From assembly GCF_009914755.1 (NCBI RefSeq), contig NC_060926.1: a stretch of DNA of 64,000 nucleotides. One strand, given 5' to 3'. Below the pieces are notes generated by a model. The model ran no database searches. It saw nothing but the letters and a program-made list of their open reading frames with translations, and was not told the DNA's origin. The DNA comes from the human T2T-CHM13v2.0 reference genome, Homo sapiens. A program made the translations under genes and the position numbers. Below, one piece after another: positions 33,879 to 48,869 of this stretch (positions within the stretch are counted from its first letter, which is position 1; each line of letters starts with the position of its first letter).

Positions 33879-34303
33879 TGTTAAAAGAAAAACTTCAGCC
33901 GAATTACGAAGTTTAATTGAGCAACGAACGATTTGTGAATCAGGCAGCCCCCAGAATCACAGGAGATTCAGAGAGACTCCAGGGATGCCTCGTGGTCAGA
34001 ACAAATTTATAGACAAAAAACGGGAAGTGACATACAGAAATCGGAGGTGAGCTAAAGAGACAGCTGGACTGGTTACAGGTTGGGGTTTGCCTTATTTGAA
34101 CACAGTTTGAACACTCAGCGGTGTGTGACTGGTTGAAGTATGTCTGCTGGGATTGGCTAAGACTTAGCGATTGTTACTGGTGCAGACTCCTAAATTAGGT
34201 TTTCAATCTCATCTACCTATTAAGTTAGGTTGCAGTTCATCCACAAGGGCTCAAATATAGAAGTACGGAGTCCTTCTCAGGCCACATTTAGTTTGCTTTA
34301 ACA
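33879..34303 (-). mobile_element. ERV1 solo LTR, MER57 family
   Basis: TGTTAAA...TTTAACA inverted termini, 425 bp, 4-bp near-TSD agga/ggga. Minus strand reads aaactaaatgtggcctgagaaggactccgtacttctatatttgag. Confidence 0.88.
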
Positions 34304-34719
34304 GGGAGCACCTACTTTTTTCCTGCCTGACCCTGCATTTTCACAGCATTCCCAGCCCCCGAGTGCTACCGGGAAGTCTCTGGCTCATGGCAAACCAGAC
34401 CCTGTCTAGCAGGCAGGGACGTCTCCTTTGGCCTGAGTTGTACTGAAAAGCCAGGCACTGGCAGGGATGGAAAAGAAAGACTCTTCTGAGCTTTGTGTGC
34501 TGTCAGCCATAAGAGCATTGACTAGTTGGCGAGTATCACATTCTGTCCACATGTTGGTGTCGGTAGAAAACATGGTCAATATAAAAAACCAGTAATAACA
34601 CCGGGAAGCCTTTCTAATTTATCAGTGTTTCTTCCTACTCTGTGGATACTGGCCTCTACTATTACATTCTTTTCATGACCTATTTTTCTATATTTTTTCA
34701 ATGTCATACTTTCTCCTGA

Positions 34720-35166
<447 letters not shown>

Positions 35167-36757
35167 TGATGATGGGAGGGCTACAAGAAACAGGAAGACA
35201 AATTCCACTAGTGTGTCTTTGTTGATCAGTGGGAATGACATGATCAGGTTATGCCACTCACCAACTTGGTGCTTTCCAAGACATTGGGAAGCCCTCACCT
35301 GGCCTATGGAGGAGGCCAGATATAGGGGTGTTTCCCTCCACATTTAGGTGACCTCCAGGAGAGAAACTGGCTCCTTCTCCCTGGGGCCAATATTTATCTT
35401 CTGAAGGCTTCTCGGATCCATGGATTCCCTAGAGAACGTACGTCATGCTGTTTCCTCTCAATTGATCTTCTTTCAATTCATGCCTGTAGACAACCACGAT
35501 TTTTGGATAAAATCCAACTCTTTTTTTACCCTAGAGAGTGTCTGGATTACATTACAGGTTATGGGGCCCTCTAACCCCTAGGATTATTGAGGCAAACCAA
35601 AAAATGTTTAAGAAAGCCTAGATCTAAAGTGGCCTGTATTTATTATTTATTATTTTCAGACTTGGTAAACAGAAAGTGAGATCCAAAGTGATTTAGAAAC
35701 AAGTATAGTTGAGGGGAATGGCAAAGTGAGCAGTCAGTCAAAGAAGAAAAGTTTTGCAAGGAGTGGAGAGAAAATGGGTGGCAGGCAATCAAGCTAGACA
35801 GAGGAATCAGGGACACTGGAAGGAAAGAAGAGGGAGAATGTATGTGTGTGTGTGGAGGGGGGCGAGGGTGGGAGTGGGGAGAGTGAGAACAAACAATAAG
35901 AAGGCCAAGGAGAGAAATCATATTACTTGAGCAAAAACCGGAAACAATAGCATCGAAACAAACAAAACCCAGAGAACAGAGTCCTTCCCAAATTTTCCAG
36001 GGTTAGCAGCATCCACCAGGTGATCTGACAGTGACACCAGGTGGCTGATGACACCACGTAGAGGCCTTACCTTAAATCATTTTACCCTAAAAAGCCAAGC
36101 TTTGTTTTATAAACCCATCCTTAATGGAAACGGAATGGAAAGAAACCTGGAGATTCTGTATTCCAACTCCTTTACTTTACATTTGAGGACACCAGGTCCT
36201 CAAGTTATCAAAACTGACCCACCAACCGAACAAACAAAAAATACAGTCCAAGCGTGCAGACACAGCACTTCATTTTAACCAACTCTGTGACTCTAGCTTT
36301 TGTTACTTTTAATCTTTAAAAATAAAATATATCTTAGAGTTAGTTGCCTTCTGGTCAATAACAGGCAACGAATATTAAAACACAAATTGTGACCATTGTA
36401 TTTGACCAATTCAGATGCACAAGGATATTATGATATAAACTTAATTATGGAGAAAATAATCACAAACACATGTGTAGTACCTTTTGACTTAAACTGATTA
36501 TTGAAGAGAAAGCATAATTTGACTAGTATTGCCTTTCTTCCATATTTTTAAATGGTTAACAAAAATTACTGCAAACCATTTGCCATTCTAGGAGTAATAT
36601 CAGATACAGAACATATGTTTTTGTCAGTTTTTAAAGAATATCATGCAGTAAGAGACAGCAGAGGAATTCTAAATGTTTTTAGTGTTTTATATGGTAAAGT
36701 GGAATGCAGGGGGTCTATTTTCCCTGGTTAAATCTTAATATGGTTTCATCTAAATTA

Positions 36758-37172
<415 letters not shown>

Positions 37173-40100
37173 TTAGGTGTGAGGAACATTACAATGGACC
37201 TTTATAAAGCAATTTGGCTTTTGGAAAGTAACAACAAACATTCTTGTAGGGAAGAAAATGAAGAAATAAAAATATTTGGGGATAGTTACACCTTATAATG
37301 ATACATTGAGAACTGGTTCTTTACCTTAAACAAAATTTCTTATATGGCTAAGTCTTATAAATTATCAAAAATGAAGGAAAAAATCTTTACAAGGAGTGGC
37401 TTAAGTATTTTGACTTGTTTTCTTGGCTAATTTTATTTTTATTTTAAAGCTCTAAAGCCATTTCCTGCTTTGCTTTGGTCAAATTAAAGGGAAAAGAAAA
37501 ATCAAACAAGAAAATAGAGATGTTGAGTGAAGTTGATGACCATACAGAATAACATATGTGCTTTGTCACTTGTGAACAATTTTCCATCTCTGCACACTTA
37601 CGAACCCTCTGAGCACCTCCGTGTATTTACTGCTGGCCATGTGGTGATGTCTTCTTGCCAGTGATATAGAACAAGCGGTCCAGGGTAGAGAACAAGCTGC
37701 CCCTGTCCTTGGCAGGAATTCAGTCTGTACCTTAGGGTACAGGGCACGCAGGGCCAGGCCCTCCTGAGGCAGTATTTCATCCCTGCCCCAAGGTCAGCTC
37801 TGGAAATCTGGGATAGAGAACACCACAAAACAGAGTGGGGAGCAGAAGAACCAGTAGCCTGTCTAGCTCTCCTAACAAAACCCTAGTTATTTTCATCATT
37901 GCTCCCAGTAGATGCCCTGATCAGATGCACAAACCAATGATTATGTTGGTAAAGACCCAACATTTCTAATGTGTCCGTGCCTGCGTAGATTCATTTAGAC
38001 GAATCCATATTATTAAAACAACTTGCACAGAACACGATCACAGATCCTTCATTGACAAACAAGCGAACTGGGCTGCTGATGAGTCTCTGAACTGTCTTTT
38101 AGCTGAATTGTTATTAAATACAAACATGGTCCTTTTTTTTCTAAAGGGGCGCATGTTAAACAATTTAATATTTTAGAAAAATACTTTCCCTTATTTAAAT
38201 GAAAATAAGTAATGTAGTTTGCAAAGTAAAAGGCAGGGTTTCATCTTTTAGACAAAAAAAAAAATTAAAAGAGAGAGAGAAAGACATGTATTGTCTATTT
38301 AACAATCAAAACACTACAATAAAATAAAATAAAATCGTGGTATCATAATAATGAGTTCTCTTTCAAATGGTTTGCTCTGAACTAAATTGTGCTCTTTATG
38401 TAATAGAATGACAAATTGTTTAATTCAGTATCAAATATTCATGAGCTGTAAATGTGCTGCATCACCAGAACGGGTGCAAAATCATAAACAAATACTGTAG
38501 CATGCACAGAAATGGAAGCTAACAGAAGTGGACGTCTGCACAGATTTTCAACATTGTTGTGGCTTTGCGTCTATGAGAGAGAGAGGGGAGAGAAAGAGAA
38601 CACCTCCTTCTCCAGCTATCTCCAAATGCTGCCGTGGGAGAATAAAAGGGTGAGAAAGGAACCTGGATGTGGATTCGCATAGCTCCGATTCTCCTGCAGA
38701 TCAGAAGGCTAAAAGCAAATCAGAGATTAGACCACAATATGACGGAAATTCCTAGACATTTCAAAATGGTGCAGGGCAGTATTTATTTATTAGAAAAGAG
38801 TATGCATGTGAACTCTTTTTTTTTTAAAGGTTAGAATGGCTAATTATTCTGAGTTTGAATTTTAAAGTGAAGCGTCTTCGACCATTCAGGGAGAAATACA
38901 TGAGAAACCCTCATTTGCATCATCTACATGGTCATTTGTTTGCCCTTTGCATGGCAGGGCTTCAGAGGAAAATCCAGCTCCAGGCTGCAAGGCTCCGAGA
39001 GTCTTCTTAGACCTCTCTGGAACAAATGTATTCATTTAGAATTAGGTTTCTTCTTTTAGCTTCAGCCAAACGCCCTCAATGCCACACAGGTTTCCCTCTC
39101 CTCCCTTTCTCCTTCCCCTCCCCTCCTCTTCTCTCCTTTCTCCAGTATTTATCCTCATAGAAGTGGAAGGACTGGCGTTTAGAAGGAGAGAGGAATATGT
39201 CAGTCCTTCAAGGACAACGTACAGGTTCCCTTTGCCCTACAGGGGGCAGACCCTATCATTTCCTAGCTGACACATTTGGCCTCACGGGCTCTCTTCTGGA
39301 ACCCTTGAGTTCAGAAAGGGTTGAACACTGCCCATTTCCTGCTGCAGTCCCTTCCAGGAGTTCTGTTCCCATGCCTGTAAGCAGTCATTTGGAGTTGCCT
39401 AAGAAATCTTTAAGAACTTCACAATATTGAAATCAACTCTTTCAAATGGCATGAAGAATTTTTTGGTTATTAACTCCACCATCTCCCGTTAGCTAAGCTC
39501 ATTTGTTTTCCCTTGAGAGAAGAGCTCTTCTAGCATCTAATCATACCTAATCTTTCTGCAAAGTTGTTTTCCTAAAAAATTGTGTAAATCAAGTTTTTGT
39601 AAATCTAGTCATATGTTTTATGCATCAGGGGAACTTGGAATGTAAAGGAATCTCATGGTGTATGCATACTTCTGTAAAATGAAGATTTGCTCCCTTATTT
39701 ATTCATTTTTGTAAATCTGAATAATTATTTACTGAGTTGAAGGAGGTATGCCTTTATTTAGGCTTTTGCATTTGGTATCTTTCCATTTTTTATTTTCAAG
39801 GTGCCCCAAAATGGCCACACATTCCACCTTTGGAGGAGGAAAACACAGCCAACATGCTCCCTAATTCTAAGTCATAAAGAGCCTCGAAATTCTGTGCCAG
39901 TAGTTCATAAGGAGTCCTCGTTTGATCTAGAAAACCAGCAGAAAACCTTGCCGCTGTCCCACAGGAGAGATACACATTTCACACTGACTGGGTTCTACTC
40001 CTTCCTTCTTTCCCTTCTTCTTCTCCTTTAGCAAATGAAAAGATGCACAGTACTTGCGATTTCAAATAGAATGGTGTCTGTTAAAGCTTTACCTAGGAGG

Positions 40101-40420
40101 AATTCCCCAAATCAAGGGACATGGAATTACTCAGCCACAGGAATTCTGGAGAATCCGGTCTCTGAAGATGAAGCTAGAAATGAGCAAAGGTTTACTGTTC
40201 GTTGTTTTCCTCGGCAGACAGCGCAGGGTCCTTATGGCATGGAAAGGCTGAGCTGTTGGAGCAGAGTGAAACCTGATTCCCAACATCTGTGCTCTAGACC
40301 CCACTCCGAAGGGGGACTTTCTGGAGGTATTTTTCTACTCTCCGTCCCCTGGGTCCCAATTAAGGGAAACACTTTTTTTAGACATGTTATTATCCCATGA
40401 TAGAAAAGCAGGACTCACTG

Positions 40421-40515
40421 TTCCTCCTTCCCTCCTTCCCTCCTTTCTTCCTTCCCTCCCTCCCTCCCTCCCTCTCTCCCTCCCTTCCTCACTTTTTCCT
40501 TTCTTCCTTTCCCCC
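40421..40515. repeat. (CCTT/CCCT)n polypyrimidine simple repeat
   Basis: ttcctccttccctccttccctcctttcttccttccctccctccc... Confidence 0.9.
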
Positions 40516-40855
40516 ATCTAGATGAGCAATGCAAAAGGTCTGGTATTTGAGAAATGTAATTATATTAGTGATAAACTTCATGGTTTAATTTGGGAAATCT
40601 CCCAAACCTAAATTCCCAGCCCGGAGGAGTCCAATTAGATCTGGGCTGGGAAAACTAGAATATATTTCAGCGAAGGGGAAATAACCAAGGGGAAGCGAGA
40701 ACCGCGAATGGCCAAACACTGATGTCGGCTCAAGTCCTCCTCGGAAAATGCCTGTGTATGAGGATAAAGTGGCTGGTGGAAAGTTCACTCAATCAGGGCT
40801 GCACGGTCTTGTGGAATAAAATACGTCCAGACGGGGTTACGACGTGCTTTGGATT

Positions 40856-40870
40856 CCAGCAGGGGGAGCT
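40856..40870 (+). promoter_or_regulatory. Candidate CTCF site CCAGCAGGGGGAGCT within a CpG-rich patch
   Basis: One mismatch to the CCASYAGRKGGCRS core; surrounded by about 20 CpGs (by eye) in 40620-41030. Confidence 0.55.
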
Positions 40871-41963
40871 CTGACTCTGGAAACCGGTCAGTGGCCACCA
40901 AACGCTGTTTCACCGGGTCTAGACCTTTGGAGATCAGCGTTCTCTGGTCGCCAAGGTTGGTAACAAGGTCCGTGGGTAATGTCGCTGAACCAGAAACAGA
41001 GGTCTCCCTTTGCACAGTCCCCGGTGAGGAAAGCAGTTAACACCTCTGTAGAAACACAGCTGAAGAGGCATTTTAGGAGCAGGTGACCAAAGTCTTACAA
41101 AGGCAGCCGGGAAAAAGTCAGGGATGGAAATTAAAGCCCCCGTTTCCTCCTCTTTTTCCCTTCCATACCCCTAGGCATAACTGTTTCTCACTCGGGGGCT
41201 GAGCTCTGATATGACATCCTGTGAGGATACCTTTAGCAGGGGGAGCCACAACCCCAATTTTAAAAACTGCCTGTGGTTGGGATGAGCTAGATTTCCTGAT
41301 GCCATCAGTCAGCTCTGGGCACTGCTGCGCCCTGCTGCTCTCACTTTGGGTGCCTAGGAAGGAGAAACACAATACCTTCGTGCTGTAGCTACATCAGAGC
41401 CAAGAGACCCCACTTCCCACGTCTTCTGGACTTGGCTCAGAAGCATCTGCAGAGAGACAAGGAAGCCCCACAAAATGTGGACAAATGCCATTCCAGCCCA
41501 TGAAATAGCTGAGAAAGAGGGGCTCGGCACAGCATTTTCTAAGCTACGTTGTGTGAAAGGTTGCTGGACCCTAAGGGGCTCCCAGGTATTTATTTCATGC
41601 GGTAAAAAGTGTTCTGATGTCAGAGTCTGAGAAAGCCTGTAGGCACTATCTGTGCATTCCCCACTCCCCCAACTTTTGTGGAAAGAAATCTTGTTACAAG
41701 TCCTATAAGTTCTACAGTCCAAACAAACAAATGAAAAAGCCCACTTAAATTTGTCTGATCCAGCACTTCCAAAACTTATCTGACCATGACGACCATGACA
41801 TTTTGTCTTTTCCTTTCCACAAAGCACCTATGTTCTAGGCACTTGTGTCTTGTGGAGCATACCTTGAGAAATACTGAGTATGCATAAAAGAGCAAAGTTC
41901 TAGGGGTGAAGAAACTTCTGCATTCCTGTAGATCGGTTCTGATCCTAACGTCTGCTATGATTC

Positions 41964-42253
<290 letters not shown>

Positions 42254-45200
42254 TGCAGCTATGATTTTTGACATCACGTAGCCTCTCTGAACCTCAGTTT
42301 CCTCTTCTGTAAAATGATGACTCCTCCATTCCTACACATCTGCATGGCTCCTGGCTGAAAGGGGAAGGATGGATGTCCGAATATACCTAAAATTTGTGCT
42401 CCTGGAGACAGAAATGGATCACACATTTATGTTGAAAGTAGGTTGTAGACTTTTGTCTACAAATAGACAAAATGAACAAAATCTTATGACCAGAGGAGAC
42501 ACTATTCCCCTCTCTTCCTATTTGGCTTATAAATCACAATTCACACCAGTCCTGTGGCTACTTGTATATCTTTATCTGTCTGCTTTGCTTAATCTATGGA
42601 CTAGCTGCATGCAGCATTCCCTTTGCTATTTATATGCAAGACTGCGAGTTTAAAAAAATTCATGTAATGAATGAATTTTAATTGTTGAGGACATTTATTC
42701 AGAGCTTTAATGGGGATTCTACAGATTGCAAGGATTTACAGTCTTTTCTGAGGAATAGCAGGAGCCAGAGTGCATGACGGTGGTATTATAGTTGGGACTG
42801 ACATTAATGGCATGGTCCAAGTTGTAAAGTGTACACCTGAAGGTTTATTTCTAAATTGCTATAAAGGACAGTGGCGAGGGTGATCAGGTCCTCTGTGCTA
42901 AAAGGGCGTTTCTTCTTTCCCCCCAGATCTCTACCTCTCCTTCACTTGAGAATAGAAATGGCAAAAGGAAACAGAATCACCTTAACTGCCTTTCCTTGGG
43001 GGTGTTGATCAGATGCATCAGAAGGAAGATAAGGCAGTGTGGCTTTGCAGTATGGCATGACCGGCCACCCAACCACCTTGCTCATGCCCAGCTGCATGCA
43101 CTTTCTCAGCAATGTTTATCCAACAAACATTGATTGAGCACCTACTATGTGCCAGGTATTTATTCCCATCAAGTGGAAAGTCCTCTTTTCCAAGCTGCAG
43201 CTAAGTTCTGGCTCCTCTATGGAGGCTTCCCTGATATTTCCAGGCTTCACTAATATCTGCCAAATTCTAAATTGTTATAGTTGGGGTTACACAATTGAGC
43301 AGTCATTATATACTTCTTGGTTGCTGTGGTTTCAAATAAATGTCTAAGATGTAAGCTTCAAGAGAGCAAGGGCTGCGTCCTAACAATCTTTTACTTGCTC
43401 TTGGTGCTTCTATAAACACAATTCACCAAATCAGATCAACAAACAACAGACTCTGGACAATCCTTCAGACTACATGTCTCTGCACCTCGAGGTAATACAA
43501 TGTGTTTTTCAGCCAATAGTGTATGCCGTGCTGTAGGTGCCCTGGCAACTATCCCTAATGTCTACTCTCTTTGTTCTAGTTGGTTTCTGTTTGTTTCAGA
43601 ATTAGAGGGTCAGATTTGGTGTTTACTTCTCACTATTTGTTATTGATCATGTTGTGCATTAAGATTTGGTAAACTCAGCAGAACTGAGTGGCTTTCTGGG
43701 TGGTCTGAATTCATCTCCAAAGGCAACTTCCACTGATGTGGTCTTTTTTCCTGGCTTTCTGTTTTACTAGTTTGTGGCTAATTACGAGGGCTTCAGTCAG
43801 TCGATGTAGCCACAGATGACACTAACACCCTAGGTGGCCCAGGGGAGGATTTGTGGAGCTGTGGTGTCTGGGCTTTTTCAGAGAGGCCTGCAGGGAAATT
43901 ACCGACGTGGGTGTGGACTTTGTCTCTGTCCTTCCTACGCCTCTCCTACTGGCATCCTCCCCCAACTGAGGCTCTGCCTCCACCTGTCCTGGAGTCTGAT
44001 CTAGGTATTCCCTGCCACAAGCATCTTGCCTAAGTAACTTGGGGCTGGTAAGTGTTTACAGTGGGCCACCTCCCGAGAGCATACTTATATGAAAAATTCA
44101 TCTGGAATACCCAAAAGTGTTTCATAAAGCCTAACTTGGCTGGTTTTCCCCAACAAATTGTAACCTTTGCACACGTTTTCACAGTCTACAAAATGCTTTC
44201 ATGCACAGTGTCAGTCGAGCTGTAAAACAACCATGTGAAGTCAGGGGAGTGGTGGAGAGGCAGGGATCAGATGACTTGCACAGTGAGTGCAGAAGAGGTG
44301 GCAGGGCTGGAACCCACCAGTTCTTCTGACTTGTCCCTGCCCTGTTTTGCCTTGAATTGTGGTTATTGGAGTAGACATCCTTTATTCTCATAGACTGTAA
44401 TATGATGTAGTGGAAAAGTAGTCAGTCTGAACACCTGAAACTAAAGCCAGGTCTATTCCTCATAAGCAAGTGGATACTACTACCAATAATAATTATAATA
44501 AATCACAGCTCCAGTGTATCCAGCACTTACTATGTATGAGGAATTGTACTCATATTATCTCATTTAATACTCAAACAGCCCTCTGCAATGGAGCTTAGAG
44601 CAAGGTTTCACCATCACTAACTGATGCTCAGATTGAAGCCAAGTTTTCTCTGTTTCAAGCCCATGATTATTCAGTTTCTGCCTTGGTTGTTGAGAGGTTT
44701 AAGCAAGATAACCATGTGTCTCACATGGTGCCAGATTGATGCAAGTTAAGCTTACAAGAAACAGTAGGTCTGTCTCTCCTTTTCCTTGAGTCTAGGGATG
44801 TAATCACCACCCCACCCCACCCCTTGGTATTCCTCATAGCATAGTGTTTTGCATAAGTCAGTCCTAGGTGAACGTTCATTGAGTTAAATGGAAATCAAAG
44901 CTGAGAATGAGGAAATTAGTCTGCTCTCCTCAGCAGGTAGGGGAAGTAATGAAGACCAAGCAGTTCCATTGCAAGAGTTGCTGGCATCTAGGTTGGTGCA
45001 TAATGAGACTAGGGTTGTGGCTTTGGTCCCCAACCACTACCTCCTGGTTCTTCACCCACCACCCTGGCTGCCCCTCTTACAAAGGAAACATCTTTTGTAA
45101 GCATCTTTCTGTCTTTCCCCTTCATGTTACTGTATCTACGAGTTCTGTCTACATCGAAGCCTTGCAAATGCCATTCGCATTACCAACTCCCCTGCTATAG

Positions 45201-45929
45201 GTGCATATATATCCCAACACCTACTCAGCCTGGAGTCCCATACCTCATACTTAGCACGTCTTGTACTGAATTCATTATTCCCTCATCCCACTTAGCTGCT
45301 TTTCATGTTAAGCTCATTTGAATCACTTCGAATAATGTTGGTTTTATTGTAAGGATACATAGGTGGGAGAACCTAGTTAAAGCTGAAAAAGCAAAAACCA
45401 AAACCAGGCCCCAGGGGAAGAGAAACTGTAATGGGTCAGGAAAAGTGAGAGCCCAGAGCAACTCTTGGATGTTAAGAGCAGGAATCAGGGTGGCTTTTGC
45501 ATGTGTCGCTAACCTAACTCAGCTATCCCACTTGACACTTGCTTCTGAGTGGCTGGTCCATGCCTGGGATGTGCATTGTTTCTTTACCTGACAACTCTGC
45601 TAACTTGTTTCCTCGTTCTCATCTTACTCATATTTCCACTTCTGCATAACTCGTGCATGCCTTGACGCCTCACAAGCCAACTCTAGCTCATGGAATGTCC
45701 ATGCCAGTTTTAGATCCTACTGAATGCTGCCTCATTCTCTCAGTATTTTTGTGGTTCAAATTGGAGAGAATATGATTTTCTGGCACATATTTTCATGCCA
45801 TACCTCCTTATCGGTTCTTGACCAGCCTGTGGGCTGGCTACCCTCAAGGGCCCACTGATCCAATCTGTCACTGTGGCCAAAGGTAGGACACTTGGCTGCC
45901 TTTTTCAAGAATGTTTTAATCACCCAACT

Positions 45930-46262
45930 GCCCTATGCTAAGTGAAATAAGCCAGTCGTAAAAGACCACATATTGTGTGATTCCATTGATATGAACTGCC
46001 CAGAACTATATATAAAGGCACATCTCTATATAAACTAGATTAGTGATTGCTTAGGGCTGTGGGTGGGGGTGGGGGATTGGGGCATGACAGTTAATGGGTA
46101 TGGAATTTCCTTTTGGGGTGATGAAATGTTTTAAAATTGATTGTGATGAAGGTTGCACGACTCTGTGCTAAAACTCTATTCTAAAAGCCACTGACTTCTA
46201 CATCAACATAGAAGCAGTGCATGGTAAGTGAATCATATCTCAATAAAGCTGTTTAGAAAAAA
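45930..46262 (+). mobile_element. L1MB-like 3' end
   Basis: atgctaagtgaaataagccag...gattccat...ggggtgatgaaatg...tatctcaataaagctg. Confidence 0.88.
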
Positions 46263-46455
46263 GAGTTTCGTAGAAGCAAATTTCTTAGGAAGGACCGAGG
46301 ATATGGCAGACATCACATCCTCCTAATTGTTTATCTTCATAAATGCCACCACTTTTTAATCCATTTTGCCAAACCAAAACTCTGAAATTTATCTGACACC
46401 CCCCGCTTCCTTTTTCAGTTCAGTGGTTACCTCCTTCCTTGATTCCAGCTATTAG

Positions 46456-46613
46456 TTTTTTTATTATTTTATTTTATTTTTGTTTTTATTTTTAAAATAG
46501 AGAGAGAGAGTCTTGCTATGTTGCCCAGGGCTTGAACTCCTGGGCGCAAGTGATCCTCCTTCCTTGGCCTCCCAAAGTGCCGGGATTACAAGCATGAGCC
46601 ACAGCTCCCGGCC
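46456..46613 (-). mobile_element. FLAM monomer
   Basis: gtcttgctatgttgcccagg...ggcctcccaaagtgccgggattaca. Confidence 0.88.
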
Positions 46614-48869
46614 CTTGATTATATTAGTGAAGTAGTTGGGTCAGATGCCCTACTTTGTGCTCCAAAAGCATCTGACACACGAGCCTGGAACCGTTTATTA
46701 TCCTCTATTATAATTGGTGCCTTGCTGACAAGTCTCTGCTACTGGACTCTAAACTATTTGGAAGCCCTTCCCCTCCCTATCCTGGCATGCTGCCTGACAC
46801 CATAGGTACCTAACAAGGTTTCTGCTGTGGCTGACTGGCTGGGTGGGATGGGATGAGGGGATGGATGGAAGGAAAGGTTGATTATCATCTCTGCCCATGA
46901 CTGCTGCCTGCTCTTAGAAATCCTGCCAATTCCATAATAGGTGTGTGTGCCAATGGGAGAATGAATGAGGAATGGGTGGCTTAGTGCAGTTCCACCCTGT
47001 CATCTACCGAAGAATCCAAAACACAAGTGATACTGATGCAGTGTGGCCCACTGCTGTGGGAACAGTTTATCTGTGGCAGCTGGCAACCTTCCAAGGACTC
47101 AGTTTCCACTCACTGTGATTTGACTTGAGTTTCCAATGGGCCCTGGGACACGATATATTCCTTAGAGTAAGGGCAGACCTAGTGCTCAGTTACACGGAAT
47201 AGGCCTGGTGTTTCTAGTCATTTCTCTTCTGGGCCAAGCCCCTTGACTGAAAGATTTGGGGCAGTGGGAGGGCAAGAGAGTGGGAGAAGGAGAAGTAGGG
47301 AGAGGAATAGCCTTCTCAGAACAACAATTGATTTGGAATATGAAAATCTTATTGATAAAAGCAAAGCCCAGACGGAAGGAAGCAGTTTGATATGTGCACT
47401 ATTTGAAAAAAATCATGTGCATCTGTTTAGCACAATATACAACATAATGACAGCAATCTTCCCTGTTTGTATCTATTCATCTGATTATACAGAGTAACAA
47501 TTCTTTTAGTTACACATTTATTTACCCAGGGATTTTTTAATGGATAATAAGTTAGTAAATCAGATAGCATGTGTTCTGGATAATACTTTAGTAAACTGTC
47601 TACCACACAAGACAGTTGCAATTCACATTTTATATAATATCCAATGTTCCATTAATACACATAGCACAATGTGAAGCTATGAACAGCTCTTCAAGAAGGA
47701 CAAAGCAGATTTTAATGATTATTTAATACTGTTTGATCTAGACACATATTATGTTGAAAAGCTACAGATTTCAGTCCTGCAATGCACCACAGATGTAACG
47801 AAAAATGTGGACTTATTTGAAGTATAATCCAGTGGATTTCTTTTGATGCAGTTGCCATGGCTGTTTGTGCTAAAGTTTCTTGTCTTTGACCCAAGGAGAG
47901 ATACATTGTATGCTTTTACTGACTTTTTCCAAACTTAAACCCCAAAGCATATATATCATTTCATGGCAAAATAATGAACTTGAAGGAAGAAAGAGAGAAT
48001 AGTACTGCATTTACCTTAGGCCATTGAAATACGATAATAAAAGTAAAAATAGTTCTTTCTTTCTTCCTGGAGGGAAGATAGAAGTCAACACAATTTCTTT
48101 CCAGAATGCTGAATGGGCCAGGAAGTCTTGTGGCTTAAGACTGGAATTAAAGATGGCAGAAGAGCACATCTAAAGAGGGGCTCCGTCCTTAACTCCCCAC
48201 ACTACTGGGCCAGGCTAGCAGGAAAGAGCACAGGCTGCTGTTGCGAGGCCAGCAACAACCACCTCTGAGATTAATCCAGCAATAGCAGCTTGCAAAATGT
48301 TCACTTCTTCTGCGTCTCCTGATGAAGCTCATGGGGTTTCTCAACGTCATTAAGATGAGATCTGTTGTGGTCTTAAGATCACATTATATATCTTATTTCA
48401 AAGAAAATTCCTGTGTCAGATTCCCATTACATGCCACTTTGTAGGGTACTATTGCAAGTGGAAATCAGCATCCTTATTATTTAGTGAGTCACGAATGAGG
48501 AACATTTGCAGGCATGCTTTGGCTGCATCGAGGGTGGAATCTAAACGTTAAATCTGATCAGATACAGACAACAGCCAGACCTTTCTATTCCTTTCATGGC
48601 GTGGCATGTGACAGTATTATTGAAGATGGACGCATTGCTCCCAAAGCGATGCTCAGACTTTGCTTGTTGTTCCACAATGCTACCTGTGAGCTGCCTAGCC
48701 AGCAATCCCACAGTTTTGAAAGCTCAATTTCTTGGGGCAGAATGAAAAGACATTGAATATCTGAGCGACTGTCTTGAAATAATTTAGCAAAACTAGATTT
48801 GTTTTAGAGCACACAAAACATGAAAGATATAAAGGGGAGGACCTGGCATGAACGAGTGGCCACTATTTC

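Noticed and set aside
40585-41040. Possible processed pseudogene or foreign insert because of raised CpG
   Set aside because: No poly(A) tail, no TSD and no recognisable translation; kept only as a CpG/CTCF patch.
41354-41827. 157-aa minus-strand ORF
   Set aside because: No recognisable family; composition typical of random intergenic ORFs.
45330-45900. Possible old MLT1J/K-type LTR
   Set aside because: Only fragmentary similarity (ccaatctgtcactgtggcca); ends could not be defined.
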